Shown: piece after piece, positions 1 through 64,000 of the stretch
How positions within the stretch are numbered: position 1 is the stretch's first letter
How the letters are laid out: each line of letters starts with the position of its first letter
DNA from: the human T2T-CHM13v2.0 reference genome, Homo sapiens
Assembly (NCBI RefSeq): GCF_009914755.1
Contig: NC_060939.1
Strand: one strand, 5' to 3'
Length of the DNA stretch: 64,000 nucleotides
Position numbers and translations under genes: made by a program
Notes under the pieces: generated by a model
Told to the model about the DNA's origin: nothing
Seen by the model: only the letters and a program-made list of their open reading frames with translations
The model's database searches: none

Positions 1-62630
<62,630 letters not shown>

Positions 62631-63450
62631 GTATGGTCCAGGATATCGGGGACTCACTTAGGACCACTAAGAAGCCATCATGCATTCCTGCTGTAATGTG
62701 TCCTTCCAGGAGAAAACACTTCCAGTTCTTGCTGGTGGCATTTGAGCTCCCACTCTGAGATCAGAAATAATCTATTGGCCTTCCCAAGGTTCTTAGGGAG
62801 GAAATGAAGAAATATACATAAAAGTTATTTTTTTCTTGACAGAATGTGTAGACAAGTGTCCTTGGGGAAGAAAAATGTATGGTGCGATGATTACAGGAAT
62901 GAAAACTGCAATGCTTGCTGGGTCCCTGCTCAGCACTGACACCCAGCTTGCACAGAGGAATGTTCTATTGTGCTCCAGTAAATGTCATTTTGATTCCTAA
63001 CACTTAAGAGACTGCAGTTTAATATGAAAATCTCCCATACCAGTTTGCAAGAGGGAACATTTCTTCAGCCTGTTGTGTCACCCAGCTGCTTTAAGTGGCC
63101 AAGTATGACGACAGCCTGTCATAGGTGACTTTGCACCACATTTTACCCTGAACTTGGGAACTGAAGAAGAGAGAATAGCATATGCAAAGGCATAGGTAGA
63201 TTTATTAAAGGGTCATGATTTCTTCAGGAATAGTGAGTGGTCTGATCTATCTGGAACATGTAGAGCTGGGGGACCACCAGGCAGGAGGATGGACTGGGCT
63301 GCAGGGTGACAGGTCTCTTCCACATTGCGGACTTCAGTCTTTATTGTAAGTAGTGGGGAGCCATTGGCAGTTTTTAAGCAGGGGAATGGCACAACCAGTC
63401 CATATTTTAGAAACATTTAAACTGGTAGCAGTGTGAATAATGTCATGGAC

Positions 63451-63752
63451 TTTCCTTTTCTTTTCTTTTTTTGAGATCATGTCTTACTGTATTGCCCAGG
63501 CTGGTTATGAATTCGTGGCCTCGTGCCTTCTTCCTGCCTCAGCCTCCCAAGTAGCTGGGGCCACAAGCACATGCCACCATATCTGGCTAGCCTGCTTGCT
63601 CATTTATTTACTTATTTACTTAATAAGTTAATTAGAGGTGGGGGGTCTCACTATGTTGCCCAGGCTCATCTCAAACTCCCGGCCTCAAGCAATCCTCCCC
63701 ATTTAGCCTCCCAAGTACCTGGAATTATAGCTGCAAACCACAGCACCCAGCT
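63451..63752 (-). mobile_element. AluJ-type, antisense, highly diverged
   Basis: Two diverged Alu arms; TSD tggactt. Confidence 0.85.
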
Positions 63753-64000
63753 TGGACTTAACATTTTCTATGTTCAATTTTTTCATTCATGTACTTGGCA
63801 GTTCTTAAGAGCCTCATTCTGGGGATGCTGAAATATTAAGCGCCAGCCACTGCCCTCAAGTTGTTCAGAGTCTTTTGGAAAAATAAGTTGAGTTGCTGAA
63901 GTGGTGGAATGGAGTGAGAAAAAAAAGAATACTGTTTTGACTGCGATGGAGAAACGATAGGGTGCCCTGCAGTCGTGCCAGCCCCCTTTGCACCCTCAAA

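Overview
Human-type genomic DNA (Alu, L1, L2, MIR and DNA-transposon fossils) lying entirely inside one large + strand gene, talin-2 (TLN2). I traced 22 coding exons by hand from splice signals. The first is cut by the left edge. They join into one stop-free frame of about 1061 codons covering the talin rod from roughly R2 to R9. All donors are GT except one GC donor at 13977. Nothing prokaryotic, no CRISPR array and no RNA gene was found. The most interesting unexplained signals are: (i) an in-frame, stop-free 111-nt candidate cassette exon at 51441-51551, and a TATA-containing, CpG-enriched candidate internal promoter in the same intron that could give a head-less talin-2; (ii) an exon whose 3' splice site sits inside a perfect hairpin behind an A16 tract; (iii) candidate poison/cryptic exons, one with the layout typical of TDP-43-repressed exons; (iv) template-switch-like scars, including an 81-bp dispersed duplication, a 30-bp perfect palindrome abutting an 18-bp tandem duplication, and an Alu with a self-templated inversion. 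These are hypotheses from sequence alone, and I cannot claim a wholly new biological system.
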